From Takakia lepidozioides (taxonomy: Eukaryota > Plantae > Bryophyta), in the NCBI GenBank assembly GCA_030704615.1, contig CM060731.1, positions 5,704,001-5,768,000 of the forward strand: a stretch of DNA of 64,000 nucleotides, in the 5' to 3' direction. Positions 51,480-64,000 of the stretch are shown here, one piece after another. Below the pieces are notes generated by a model, which saw only the letters and a program-made list of their open reading frames with translations, was not told where the DNA came from and did not search any database. The position numbers and the translations under genes were made by a program. Numbering within the stretch: position 1 is the first letter of the stretch; each line of letters begins with the position of its first letter.

Positions 51480-52468
51480 GCATCAAGAGCAAAAGAAGAA
51501 AGAGAGCTGAATGGACTGATGAAGACCTGAAGGCAGCCATAAATGCTGTTGATGATGGCTGCCCAATCAACGTTGCTGCTCGCCAATGGAACATTCCTCC
51601 AGCTTCTCTTAGAAATCATCTTTAGGGGAGGGTGCATGGTCGCAAGCAAGGAGGTCCAACAGTGCTATCCAAAGATGAGGAGGATATCATTGTCAAATGG
51701 ATTTTCGATATGCAAGAATTGGGACATGGCATCAATGTCGGACAACTGAAATTGAAAGTTGTTGAAATCACACAAGAGCGCGCAACACCATTTGTTGAGG
51801 GTATACTTGGGAACTCGTGGTGGAGATGGTTCAAGCGACGTCATCCTGATATATCTTTGCGCTCTGCTCAAGGTTTGGAGGTAAGTAGAGCAAAAGCTGT
51901 AAATGTTGAAAATTGTAAATCTTTCTATGCCAACCTACAAGGCATGTATGATCTCCATAAGTATCCCCCATCACAAATCTGGAATTGTGATGAAACGGGA
52001 GTGCAAGCTGGTCGCACAAGTGGAGCAAAGGTATTGGCAAAGAAGGGCACACATTATGTGTATGGTATCATATCTCAAAGCAGAGAATGGATGTCTGTAC
52101 TTGTATGCGTAAATGCAGCAGGTCTCTCCATACCGAACTTTTATATCTTCAAAGACAGACAGAAAAAGAAGAATTACATTGCAAAATGTGAGCCGGGGTC
52201 TCTTATGGCAATGCAAGACAAAACATGGATTAACAAGTCATTATTCACTTGCTGGCTAGACCACTTCCAGAAGCACACACAAGGAATTTCACCTACCAAT
52301 CGACATCTACTGATTTTGGGGCATGGATCTCATGTTTCAAAAGAAGCAGTCTTGAAAGCACAAATAATGGGTTTGGATATGGTCACATTATCTGCTCACA
52401 CAAGCCATGTGCTCCAGCCTCTTGATGTGGCATGCTTTGGTCCCTTCAAGAAGACATTCAGGTTGGAT
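51480..52468 (+). mobile_element. pogo/Fot1-like (Tc1/mariner superfamily) transposase pseudogene, 3'-truncated
   Basis: Psq-type HTH (WTDEDLKAAINAVDDG...AARQWNIP), in-frame TAG at 51623-51625, CENP-B-type HTH, IWNCDETG, HLLIL-GHGSH (second Asp missing), HVLQPLDVACFGPFK; similarity stops at about 52468. Confidence 0.88.
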
Positions 52469-54168
52469 TGTGGGGGAGGAAATGCATGCTTAGCCCGGCT
52501 TAGCTAGCTCAGGAATCCGATTGAAAAACTTGTGTTGTACAAATTTTGTTATAAATGAAATGGTTTCCAAATGTTGCGCCTCCTTTTTTGTTTGGAATGG
52601 TGATGCATGGTATGGTTGGCTAGTGTGTAGAATGCATGCTAGCTTAGAAAAGTAGGAGAGGTAAATTGGATTAATCGTGTGTTTGCGCAGTGCCGAAATC
52701 GGGTGACTCCTATCCAAGGGGCAAAGAAACTTGCGCCTTCTTGGGGAGTTCACGTGCTAGTGCGCACCTGGCGCGTGCGCGTACTATAACTGCGCTACCG
52801 AGGGGGTTGCCTTGTAGTGCGGGCCAACGCGGAAGCTACGTGCTTCCGTTCACGTACTATAATCGTGTAGCCTCGGGACGAAGTCGTAGTGCGGCTTCGG
52901 CGTGTTCCCGTACCTCAGGCCAGCATTCCAAGGCGGACCCAATTGTAGTGTTGGGGCGCACGGTTGGTTCAAGGTTATCTTCCTAGTCAAAAAGGGTACC
53001 CACTAGTATCGCTGGTGCTTGTACCGGCACTCCCCTCAGCAGCTGGTGGCACCTTCGTGATGAAAACTCTCATGGGGCGGAGACCTTGTGGTGGGAGTCG
53101 TGGGGAATCTTGGGACTCACCACGGTCCAATGGGGCCGTGGTGGGTGGGCCAAGACTCACCGCGACTCATCACCGGGAATCGAGGGTCTTCGTGGTGGTT
53201 CACCATAAAATGGCATGGTTGTTTGTGAAACCCCCACGGACAGTCACAGAAGTATATATAGGGAGTAGTAACCCCGAGAACGGTGCAAGCCCGTTGGTGA
53301 CCAAAAACTAGTGAGTAAGCGAGCGAGCCAGAAAACGACCAAGGAGTGGGGAGCTATTCCGGACTGTCATCTACCAAAGAGAATTTCCACTAGGCCCAAA
53401 TTGGTGGAGGGTCTGTTGGGGGAAGAAAGGGGGACCGTTATGTCCCGGTGAGCAGCCGAAGCTCCGAGTTGGCCCGGCGGCCAGGTTGGGAGTTAGGCGC
53501 GCGCATCAAAGCGAGTAACTATGACTTGAAGGGGAGCTTACCGAAGTGAGGTGTGCGACAGCATGACAAGGCACACACCTTGCAATGAAAGCCGAGACAT
53601 CTTTAACTAAGCCTTTCCAATGATACTGCTCATGTAATCTCTTGACAGTTTTAGCAGCCCCCAAATGGCCAGCATAAGTAGAAGCATGGTATAATTCAAG
53701 TAAGCAGGGACAACGGACCTAGAAGGGACTTCCACAGCAGAGGTACCTTCCAAAGCAGTGACTCTGAACAATCTCCCTTCATTTTCCCGGTGGCTGGGTA
53801 AGTGATAGTTGACTTGCCTCATGAGCAGCTTGGATATGCCCACTAAGGTGGGTGCCGGTTTTGCACCTATGGAGGAGAGCATCGTATAATAGATCATCCA
53901 TGCCTACATCACTCATGGCCACACAACAGCAGGTTAGTGCAGACGAGAAGAAAGTGGCAGCCCCCGTTCTCTTTCTTTCGGAATCCTGACTTCATTTTCA
54001 GTTGGCCGCCTATGAGGAGGCAAGCAGGCTGTAAGGCACAGCTCAGTCCCTCGGTCAGAAAACAAACCAAGGCAGGTGCCAGACAAGATGGGCAGTGCTA
54101 AGGTAGGGAAGAGTACCAGACTAAACTGCAGGATACCAGACCAAAATTCATGCCAATACCAGGGAAGT

Positions 54169-55700
54169 TCAGCCAACATCAAACTGTAGAAGATCCCAAG
54201 TATCAAGTAAATCAGGAGGAATATAAGGATAATCCAGCAAATGACACAAGGCATAGGGGTCGGAAACAGGTATAGCAGGTGAGGGAGATCGTTCAGCAGG
54301 GGAGACAAGATCACTTAAGGTAGTATAGGGTGCAGGGATTTTGGATTTGCCTCTAGTTAAAGCATCTGCATTGACATTGTCTTTCCCACGCTTGTATGAG
54401 ATGGTGAAGTCATAGCCTTGCAAGATTAGAGCCCATCTGGCTAACCTGCCAGTGAGTTCACGAGGAGTTAGCAAGGCTTTTAAAAGAAGATGGTCAGTTT
54501 CAACGGTAAAATGACAGCCATGCAAATACTGCCTAAAATATTTGACGCCAAAGATTACGGCAAGGCCTTCCTTGTCAGTGATGGAGTAATTGCGTTCATG
54601 TTTATCAAGGCGGCGAGATGCATAGGCGATGGCATGTTCCTGACCATCTTGAATTTGGCTTAACACAGCAGAGATAGCGAGATCACTGGCATCAGTTTGC
54701 AAGAGAAAGGGCAAGGTAAAATCAGGATAGGCAAGCACAGGGGCAGAGGTAAGTGCAATTTTGAGCTTCTCAAATGCTGACGTTTCTGCAGTACCCCAGA
54801 CAAAACGAGCATCCTTGGATAACAAGCGAGTGAGGGGAGCAGCTAACTTGACAAACTGAAAAATGAAGCGACGATAGTAAGAACCCAAGCCTAAGAAGGC
54901 TTTAACGCATGTCTTATCCCGAGGGGCTGGATAGTTCCACACAGCTTGGATCTTGGCAGGGTCGGGACTGATGCCAGCAGCAGAAAGCAGATGGCCCAAG
55001 AAATGTAGCTGTTCCATACAAAAATCACACTTCTTGGCCTTAACCTTAAGCCCAATGGTACGAAGTCTGCACACAACCCGTTGTAAATCCAACAGATGAG
55101 CATCAAACGTTGTAGAGTAAATGTTGATGTCATCGATGTAAACCAAGGCACATTCCCAACGAAGGTTTTCTAAAATGATATCCATTAAGCGCTGAAATGT
55201 GGCAATGGCGTTGCAAAGACCAAAAGGCATGGTTTCAAATTGAAAGAGGCCCATCCTGCAGGTGCAGTTTTCTCTTTAGCAGCAGTAGTTAGAGGAACTT
55301 GCCAAAAGCCAGAGGCTAAATCTAAGGAAGAGAAGATAGTGGCCCCATTAAGTTGATCTAGCGTTTCATTGATACGTGGCAAAGGGTAAACATCCCTCTT
55401 GGTGATGGCATTTAATCTCCGAAAATCTACGCAAAAGCGGGTTGAGCCATTCTTTTTACCCACCAAGACAATGGGACTGGCCCACGGGGATATGGAGGGG
55501 GTGATGACACCAACATCAAGCATTTTTGTAATCTCCTCCTGAATGACCTTGCGCTTACGTACACTCTCCCTGTAGGTATGTTGTTTGATAGGCTTACCAT
55601 CCGTGATGATGTCATGATCCAGAAGGGTTGTTCTGCCCAAGTCATGAAGCCCTTGACTAAAGATGTCGAGATTGTCACGTAAAAACTGGTGCAGGCGACT
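54169..55700 (-). pseudogene. Reverse transcriptase and RNase H (frameshift near 55255)
   Basis: SPWASPIVLVGKKNGSTRFCVDFRRLN, LDLASGFWQ, MPFGLCNA, YIDD, FLGH, TDASD, NYSITDKEGLAV, TDH, RLARWAL, NADAL. Confidence 0.95.
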
Positions 55701-55899
55701 AATCTGCTGGGGTTTAAGGTGATCACCCACCTTGATATCCTTCAAGACTTGCTGGAAATGTTGTTCTGCCTTAGGAGTAAGCGGGCCTTTGTCAGTGAAA
55801 CCAGAATGAGAGGCAAATGCCTGCAGTTGGTCTACAGGGGAGTCCACCAGCCCAATATTATGAAGACTGAGACCGTGCTGTACAGAGGTTAGCTCAGAC

Positions 55900-56170
55900 A
55901 AAGGAGTAGCAGTGAGTCTAGCCAAGACTTGACCCCTACGGATACAGATGCTGATGCGTTCAGGATTAGCAAGAAGTAACCTGACCTCACCTTTAAACCC
56001 TTGGTCTAAAACCCCAGAAGCAATCAGACAGTGCTTTTGGAGGGTAAGTTTCTTCCAGCCCTCAATCTCAAGGAAATGACCTGCAGGGCAAGCAAAAGCT
56101 AGACCCGTAGGTATTATGCGCTGAGAAAAAGTAGGGATGATGAAGTCAACAGGAGAACGTAGCAAAAGAG
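55900..56170 (-). pseudogene. Degenerate trimeric-dUTPase-like domain in pol
   Basis: LRSPVDFIIP...RIIPTGLAFACPAGHFLEIEG...ASGVLDQGFKGEVRLLLAN...IRRGQVLARL follows the dUTPase pattern (PTGL; GVIDxDYxGE; GDRIAQL). Confidence 0.8.
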
Positions 56171-56258
56171 AGTTCTTTGCAACGGGCAGTGGAGGTCCAG
56201 ACTTCTTACCTGGTGGAGGGAAATGCCATTGATACAAGGTATCATCAATTGGGTGAAA

Positions 56259-56849
56259 CTAGCTGAACCTGGCCCAATTATAGTGCAAACCCACCTGCTC
56301 CTTCATTTGCTCAGCTTGAAGCTTGAGACGAGAATAGTTGGCCATAGAGGTCCCAGCAGCAATGGTAACATGGTTTAGTTTCACCTTGTAGGGTTGCCCT
56401 TCACCATTGTGAAGACACATAATGTTATTCATGATGTCTATGCTAGCCTCTGCACCCTTCATCCAATCCAGACCCAACAAGACTTGCTCACCCATGGTGA
56501 CAATGCAGGTTAGCAAGACACTTTTCCCACTAATGCGGATAGGCAAGGTGACTACCCCAATAGGTTCATAAGCCGTGCCATCACCTATGGTGACCACAAG
56601 GCCATGAGCAGAGCCAATCTTTAATCCAAGAATGCGAACTGTGCTAAGTGGAATGGCAGACATGGTACAGCCCGTATCAATGACACATGGAAAGGAAAGG
56701 TGGCCTACATGGCATTGTGTCATTAATGGGTGGATACGGTCCCGACTGACACGTTTATAGGCTTCACAATGCATGAGTTTGAAATCACGAGAAAGAACAG
56801 CACTCACCAACGTGTTGGGGTTCTTACCACGGTCATCTGGCACCCTCAC
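56259..56849 (-). pseudogene. Retroviral-type aspartic protease
   Basis: CVIDTGCTMSAI and VLLGLDWM; an in-frame TAG at 56259-56261 separates it from the dUTPase-RT ORF. Confidence 0.9.
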
Positions 56850-58048
56850 AGACGACCTGGTTCGTTTAAAGTACCTTGCTGTTTCTTATCCCTTTGTAAT
56901 TGTTCAATCAGGGCAGGCAAGTCAGATTGGTAAGGGCGCCACCTGGTGTAATGCTTGGTGGACTTGCAAATCATGCAAGCCACCATTGAGGTCCTGGTGT
57001 CATGACGCATGCCGGCATAGGCTTTGCTTTGAGTCCCGGATTTGGCAGGGACTGCAGGGTTCCAGCCTACCTCAGCCTTGAAGGCTTGCAGCTCACCCTG
57101 GATTTCATTACGAAAGGATGACAATTCATGCACAATGGAAGGGACTAGATCTGCTGCAATACCTTTCACCCCAGGGTCCCCATCAGTAGGCTCTACACAG
57201 TGACTCTCAGTAGCGAGATGAGTGTGTTTCGTGGTGGAAACTTTAGACAGTCCTGCCTTGGCAGCTTTGAGATGTAATCGTTCTTCAATCAATTCCACCA
57301 TCTCATCTTCAGTGGTGTAAGACTGTTTTTGCAAAAACACTTTCTCAGCAGGTGACAAGCCTTTTACAAAACAATGTTTCAAAATAGCAGGTCTCTCTGA
57401 TGCAATCAAAACTGACTTACAAATGGTAGTTCGTAAATCAGTGCAGTATTTCCACACACTGTCGCCATAATGAAATTTTAAGTCTGGTGTGGTGTAAGCT
57501 ATGGGTTTTTCTTCACGAAAGAGCTTGCGAGCCAACTCTCTAGCCTTGACCCACGTAAGACTAGTTTTGTCCTTAATGTTGGACTCAAATAGTTGCATGG
57601 CCTCTCCCTTGAGACAGATCCAAAATGACTTGACTTGGAATCGTGGAGGAACCCCATTCATTTCAGTGCTGATTTCAAAAAATTCCAAGAAGGACTCAAA
57701 ATCCTCCCCTATGTTGTACTCAGGCATTGCTGCTTATGCATTCGCTCTCCATGATCAGATTTTCGTGGAGTAGTGTCCGGAGCCTCAGATTGTTTCAGCA
57801 ACATCTTCAAAAGGGGGGGGGCAATTTGAAATAACCCCCATGGCTTCATACAGCTCGTCCAAATCAAATGTGGGCTGAGGCACAGTCGTCGGGTCTTTGT
57901 GATCTCCGGACGACTCTCCCCTTTCCATATTATTCTTTTCATTAGTTGCTGTCTCTTCCCTCTCCTCCGCTGCACGTTTTTCCAACTCACTCAGTCCCAT
58001 TGTTTCTTCTGCTTCCCTTTCTAGCATAGATCTTGTAAATACAGGCAT
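56846..58048 (-). pseudogene. gag-like ORF (frameshifted)
   Basis: MPVFTRS start; capsid-like PEYNIGEDFESFLEFFE...LKGEAMQ; decayed knuckle CMICKSTKHYTRWRP; sits directly before the protease. Confidence 0.75.
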
Positions 58049-58069
58049 GAGAAGAGAAGGACACGGCTA

Positions 58070-58985
58070 CCTGTCCGAAGGAGCACTGAGCTGCGAGTCC
58101 CACCCAGACACACAGTGGGAGGTGATGAAGCGGTGCTTGTGCAGCAGGTACACTCCTTCGCCCAAGAATGCCCATAGCTATTCTTCTCCCTTGAGCCAAA
58201 AAGCCACGCGTACAATGCTGCGCACCATCTTCTCTTTCACCAACAGCGTGTGTGCAGGATAGGTTCGAGCTTCCTCGGCCTTGTATAGACCTACCGTTTC
58301 ACGCCGAAAACACACCCCCGGAAAGATCAACACATCACTAGGACAAAAAGGAAATTCAGAGTCAATGATACCCGTGATGAGCTCTTCCCAAGTGGGATCC
58401 CGGGTCGGGACTGGCGAAACTCGAGGTCTCAAATTAGCAAGCAGGATAGATGTTCCTCCCTTAACCAGTTCCTACAAGCGTAGAGGGCTCGGCTTGTCAG
58501 GAGGTAGGAAACTCTCCAGCTCCACACCCAATTCTTGACTCACAGAGAATTGTGGGATGCCCAAGACAGCCCAGCTATGCTTCTCACCAGCCTCCAACTA
58601 TTCCTTACTAGCAAGGGGGATTTGTAGAGTGACTTCTCTGGAGTGAAGTTTGAGGAGCAGGTGCGCAACATAAGCCCCCTGAAGCGATTCATGAATGCGC
58701 TTGCTCTGCTCCCGCTGCTCTGCTTTGGTGCGTATGGGCTTGCAGGCTTCCTTGCGCGCAGTTTCCTCAAACGTTTTGGCCCAGAACTCCGAGGGCGTAT
58801 CCAACAGGAGCTTAGGGCGCGGAAGAGGTTCTCCTTCCGGGTAATCAACAAAAACCAATTGCTCAGGCAACAGGTTGCGCGCAAGCTCGCAAATGTAGCA
58901 AGATTCCAAAGTCAGCGTCTCCTTCAAGCGCGGGACCTCAACTTGACCAAGTTCAAACCAACCATGCTCAGAACTGGAAGCCATC
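58070..58985 (-). pseudogene. Extra ORF of unknown function upstream of gag
   Basis: ORFs 58598-59128 and 58178-58432 share one frame; about 300 codons from MASSSEHGWF with a few in-frame stops. Confidence 0.5.
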
Positions 58986-61849
58986 GTGCTTGTTTGCCAA
59001 ACTCTCAAAACACAAGAAAATACAAGCAGGAAAACTCTCTCTCTCTCTCTCTCTCTCTCTGCGTGTGAGACAACAGCTGCCATTTTGCCACCCCTCTCCC
59101 TGCAATCATGCAGGATCCCTGTATCCAATCTACTGTTCTCAGGTGCTCCGTACCCACTAAATCCTCTGTTAACAACTTTAGTTACCCCGCATCTCCACCA
59201 TGATTCCGGCGCTATGGGTTTGTTCCCCTTCCTCTACCGGGCTTGACCCTATTTGGGGAATGTAGTCAGTAGAAGGGCCTGGCAGAGAAGACAGAATCTT
59301 TCTAAGAGGACGCCACAGACCCAGACCTCCAACACTTTCATCCAACTACTTAGGCACACCGTTACGCCCAACGTACGCTTGCATAAGACTCAAAAGCCAC
59401 CACCCTCACTGCCACGGCAGTGAGGCTTAAATAGCATTAGGTCATAATCTAATCTTAGTGCCATGTGGCACTTACACATAGGTCAACCAGATGTCCTTCC
59501 AGCATAGCCATAGAAAGAAGCCAGTTCACCTAGTCTCATCCTAATCTGATCCTAAACTAGCTGTTAGAATAAGACAGCCCCCTTAATAAAGCCATCAGCT
59601 GTTGCTAGCTCATCCTCATGCGCAAGGTATAAGTCCATCCAGCTCTCATCCTAGCTTCATCCATCCCTTAAATCATCCGGAGCACATCCCTCCTCCATCC
59701 ATCCATGTCGAAAAGTAAGGTGAGAAGGAATCCCAGCTCCACAATTTGAAGTAGTCCTAGATTTTATTATTTAGGCACCTCACCTAGGTAATTTCCAAAC
59801 ATTAGGCATGTATTACAGTCGACCCTGGATAAATGTTACCTGCTTTTTTGTTATGTCGCCCTTAGTGTTATGAAATCTTTGCTCTATAAAAATTTACACT
59901 TGAAAATGGCATGACTAGAGCGTTATTTGATATGTGTTATGAAAATATGGCTCTCCTCTTTGTTAGCACACGTCCATAGTTGTTAGATCTTATGCTGAGC
60001 CTTAATAGTTGGTTTGAGAAAACATTCATCCACTCTTAGCAAGCATCTACGGTTCTTTTCCAAAGACACCACGTCCACAACAAAATAACATAATGAACAA
60101 TTATTTTTGACCTCCCTCAAAAACTATTGTTGAGGTAATTTTTTTTAAAAACAAATACTAAGAAGATTCACATGAGATAGGTGATTCTACTTATGAGGAT
60201 GTAGTTGCATCAATGTAGGGCCCTTTGGAAGTTGTGTGGACATGAAATTTTAAATTGTAGGCATTTTTGCCATTTTTTTGGACTTTAAATAGTACAATTT
60301 AGGCAATTTTCCACATATTTGGACATTTTGGTATTTTCCCACAATTTTTGAGCAATTAGGCACTTCTCAGGAATTTTTTCCAAGTTTTAGGCACATTTTC
60401 TAAAAACGTTCTAATTTAATTAGGCACTTGATTTTGAATTAATTATTGCCTAATTAGCTAGGTAAGTATGATAGACTGTCCATATTAATCTAGCTTTGTT
60501 ATTTTATAAGCTACACACATGGTTTTTTCTTGAGACAATAACCCGTTTCGGCACTCCAAGATTCAAGCTTATCTTAATTTTGAGCCCTGTAGTTCAGCCT
60601 TCTTGTTGGTCTGTGCTTCTTCTGTAGTCCCTGCGGGGATTTGTTCCTTGCTCACTTGTTTAAAACCCTCAACGACGCTAGTTTTGAGATACCTCAAAAC
60701 ACTGTTGCTGGGGATTTAGTTGTTAGCGGGTTCGTTCCTAGCTTTTTGGCTTCAGCCTAGTGACATTAATTTGATTAATCAGGGCCTATTAATTTTGATT
60801 AAAAAAATTTATTGCATTAAAGCTTAAAAGAAAATATTTTCAACTGGCATCATAATTTTTCTGGCATAAGCCCTAAAATTCTGAATTATCAGGAAAAAAA
60901 ATTGTTGATTTATTTCTAATTCACCAATCACACTGATGCTATGACTCGATATTTTAACTAGATGACATCCACCTCAACTTAGTTATACACATACAGGTTC
61001 CAGAGGAAGTGCATATCAGAGCTTATTTTCATTCTAGTAGAGAAGACTCGGCGGCCTTTTGACTGTTTAATGTAATTTGAATCTCTACTGCACCCAAATT
61101 GACTGACACGACCAAGAAGGTTGACAGTGCTGCCAAAATGTTGGAATGAGGCCATGATCAGGCTCACACTAGTTCAATTCAACCAAACTAAGCATCCTTC
61201 ATTCACACGACGCACATGACCGGCTAAAAGTAGGTGCAGACAAACAGGGCACTTCTGTTGTTGTTCATTCTTGAAAGGTAACAAGAATGTGTGAAGTCAG
61301 ATTTGGTATTATCTTCACTTTCTGTAACCACTTCATAGTTTCGGGAAGACCCGGCCTGCTTGCTTGTTTCCAGCATATTTCAGAGCGACTTTATGAGCTT
61401 GGTGAGAGAGTGAAACCCCATGCTTAATGTTGCCTTGAGTGCAATTTTTCTTCAGTTCTGATCCTCAAAGAGCAGTTGGTTGCAGTGATTAAATAAATAA
61501 CTGATGTTAGGCCAGTGGTCATCAGAGAGAGCTGGACCAATTCCATCTTCCCATAAGAAGACGGTGCCTTGCGCCCCCCATCACTGCAGATATCTCAACA
61601 CATCACAGGTGTTTGGGTGCCCAGAGTCCAGGGTCCCATTAGCAAGAGTCCAGCTGTCTTTCAGGTTCAGACAGGGTGTATGAAGTAAATGTCTTCACTT
61701 CAGCATCCTTGACATCTTTCCCTTGTACTTTTGTTTTGTCCTTTGTCACTCAAAGATGAGGAAAGACAATCAATCTGAAAGATGTTAAGCAACTGACATT
61801 TAAGACCCTGAAGTACTGCAGCCTGTAATGTCCTCTGGACTCAGAAAAG

Positions 61850-61960
61850 CTCTTCAGCTCGGCGTGGATTTCCCCCATTTGTGGATGCAATTTGCCTGCA
61901 ACAACAAATGTATGCTGCTTGCTGTCAACTTCAATTGGTACAGTTGGACATGGCATTGAA
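61850..61960 (-). pseudogene. Isolated PPR E/E+ relic
   Basis: IEVDSKQHTFVVAGKLHPQMGEIHAELK resembles the E+/PG-box region. Confidence 0.55.
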
Positions 61961-63259
61961 ACATCTCTTTGTGCTTAAATTTACTCACAGCATGGATGTG
62001 TTGATAGCAGCAGATTAGCTGCAAGGTGCTGTGGATCAGGTCTACGAACAAGAGGCCACACCTTTCAACAAACCCACTTCACTGCTGTTTTCGATTTTTA
62101 AGAACCACTACAGCAGGTGAAGATTCTAATCTTTGGTCATCCTACCAAGGAAGACTGTGCTCCATTGTACAACAACAGCTTCAGAGTAAGATTCAAGTAA
62201 GAAGAGTATCAATGTCCTCTTTATTTCTCTAGCACAGCCACCAGTCAGATATTTATCATCGCCTCATACCTCTCAGCTAGTCTCGAGCTCCCTCTCACGA
62301 GCCCTCCGCAAATTCTCAGTGGGTGAATTGAGACAGGAGGATGGACCAGCACCACCAGAGAATATCGCATATTGCCCAAATTACAATACAAGCCAAGTGG
62401 AAATAGAACACCATTTCTTCTTCTCTTCCCCTGCCTACTATGAAATCTGGGGCAGATATTGGTGCTTCTTCAGAGACTCCCCCATCAACAAACCCACTTC
62501 ACTGCTGTTTTCGATTTATAACTGGCTGGTCCAACAATAAGAACAAAAACAATAACAATAAGAACCACTCAAAAACAAGCTTGCCGAACGAATCAGACAA
62601 TGCAAGTCTTCTCACATCAGAGAGTTGCAGTGGTCAACATCAGCTCCGTCCACGACGAACATCTGCAGGACTTCAACTGTAGCAGGATATCCAAATTGTG
62701 GTAAGAGACCCCCCTCGTCAAGCTTCGGAAGTAAGCACAACAAAACATGACAGACCCCTCTGCCACCTCTTTCCTATCAAGCTAGTTTCTCATGCAGTAG
62801 AAGAAAGAATCCCAGTGGGGAAAGCAGGTTGCAAGAGCACATGTCAGCATCTCCATCTGTCAGTGGCGAATCTCGCCTCACATGCCACTGAAGGAAATAA
62901 GAGAAACTTGTACTATACCAAAATTTATCCATCCTTCCATATTCCAGATCCACATGTCCAAGTGGACAATTTTACATGAATTCCTCTAACAACTCCTCGT
63001 GCAATTATTCATGTGCGCCAACAGCCTATCTTTGCTACAAACGACCTTCTGTCAACACATCCTGCACAATGATCCCCTTAACAAGCATGCACCAGACCAG
63101 TAATGCTGGACCATCACTTCCTGGGCAAAACTTGGTGGGCACTGTCACCTTTTCAAGGGAAATGAGATGAACACCTCAACATGCTATGCCAGATCTGTCA
63201 CGATCTAGCTCCATCTCTCCTTGGCTCTTTGAATAGAACAAACAGGAAACCAGCATCCT

Positions 63260-63772
63260 TCAAGATCTGAAAGAGATTGAGCCATCAAGAGTATTCACCA
63301 AAAGTTCCCGCAAATTGTGTGTTGCATCCTTGACGTCAGACTGGTCAAACAACGCCGAGACAACAGCCACCCCCTTCAGGTTTGCCGGCCGGGGTCCCTG
63401 CATAACAGCAACTACATTGGCAGCCGATATTCCACCAATTGCCACTACTGGAAGCGGGCTTCCCTCGCAGACAAGTCTCAAACCATCAAGCCCTATGGTT
63501 TTGTTGTTCTCTTTGGTGTTGGTTGGGAATACACCTCCAGAGCCTATGTAATCTGCACCTTCCTTCCAGGCCATCTTTGCTTGTTCAGGGGTCTTACAAG
63601 AGACCCCGATTATCTTGTTGGGTCCTAAGAGTGAACGTGCCCGTGCAACCGGTAAGTCTGTTTGCCCCAAGTGGACACCATCTGCATTGCAGGCTAGGGC
63701 TATGTCAATGCGATCATTGATCAAGAGGGGGACCCCATGTTCTCGTGCTATTTTCAGTGAGGCTTCAGCTTC
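63260..63772 (-). CDS. TH1: Last exon of thiamine biosynthetic enzyme TH1 (ThiE / TMP synthase domain); upstream exons lie beyond the window
   Basis: [61 protein letters not shown]; AG acceptor at 63774-63773. Confidence 0.93.
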   Translation of the reverse strand, partial: EAEASLKIAREHGVPLLINDRIDIALACNADGVHLGQTDLPVARARSLLGPNKIIGVSCKTPEQAKMAWKEGADYIGSGGVFPTNTKENNKTIGLDGLRLVCEGSPLPVVAIGGISAANVVAVMQGPRPANLKGVAVVSALFDQSDVKDATHNLRELLVNTLDGSISFRS

Positions 63773-64000
63773 CTGCATTCAGTGCATATAATCTGGTTCA
63801 GAGCATTAACATTGCTCTCTATAGTTTGCTGTACAGAAAGACCTAGCTCTCTCTCTTTAATCACCCTCTTTTACCCTTCCCTCACTAATGTGATTGACAG
63901 TGCACCACTTTCAAGTGTCACACTGTGTATTAATGCTGGAATGGTCGTCATGTCCTCTACTACGATGTCAGTGCCAGCACTTCATTGGTCACACAAGCAA

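Larger units (their letters stand above)
52469..59743 (-). mobile_element. Ty3/gypsy-type retroelement: extra ORF - gag - protease - dUTPase-like - RT - RNase H; no integrase or LTR pair seen; boundaries tentative
   Basis: Starts TGTGG at the point where the pogo ORF breaks and ends CCACA at 59743 (no TSD found); PPT-like gaaagaaagagaacggggg on the minus strand at about 53961-53979. Confidence 0.7.

Noticed and set aside
58643-59068. 141-aa plus-strand ORF antisense to the extra ORF
   Set aside because: No recognisable motif; most simply a shadow of the minus-strand frame.
59295-59315. Possible primer-binding site (taagaggacgcca)
   Set aside because: Not adjacent to an LTR edge and I cannot match it to a specific tRNA.

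Overview
Intron-containing land-plant nuclear DNA. The gene content (hemerythrin-class GST, many PLS/DYW PPR relics) suggests a bryophyte or other seed-free plant; this is inference and the species cannot be fixed from the sequence. Intact-looking host genes: an 11-exon CDPK-related kinase (15612-21719, +), a 2-exon F-box/kelch gene (25249-26727, -), a 4-exon GST-hemerythrin (42831-45650, -), the last exon of TH1 thiamine-phosphate synthase (63260-63772, -), and a candidate 39-aa membrane micropeptide. Mobile DNA: a decayed SWIM-MULE, tRNA-derived SINEs, a hAT MITE, a solo LTR, and a pogo-like transposase cut off by an unusual Ty3/gypsy-type element (extra ORF, degenerate dUTPase, no visible integrase, no LTR pair). 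The most striking structure is 3722-13367. It reads as a head-to-tail dimer of non-autonomous elements with Helentron/Helitron2-like asymmetric ends, loaded with intron-containing captured pieces of PAL, RopGAP and an OSB 'PDF-motif'-PPR-DYW fusion gene. Undoing one ~2-kb inversion (about 8479-10475) rejoins the PAL exon, rejoins the RopGAP intron and puts all four termini in one orientation. A third 3' end of this family lies at 49382. All coordinates were read by eye and may be off by a few bases; no database search was run.
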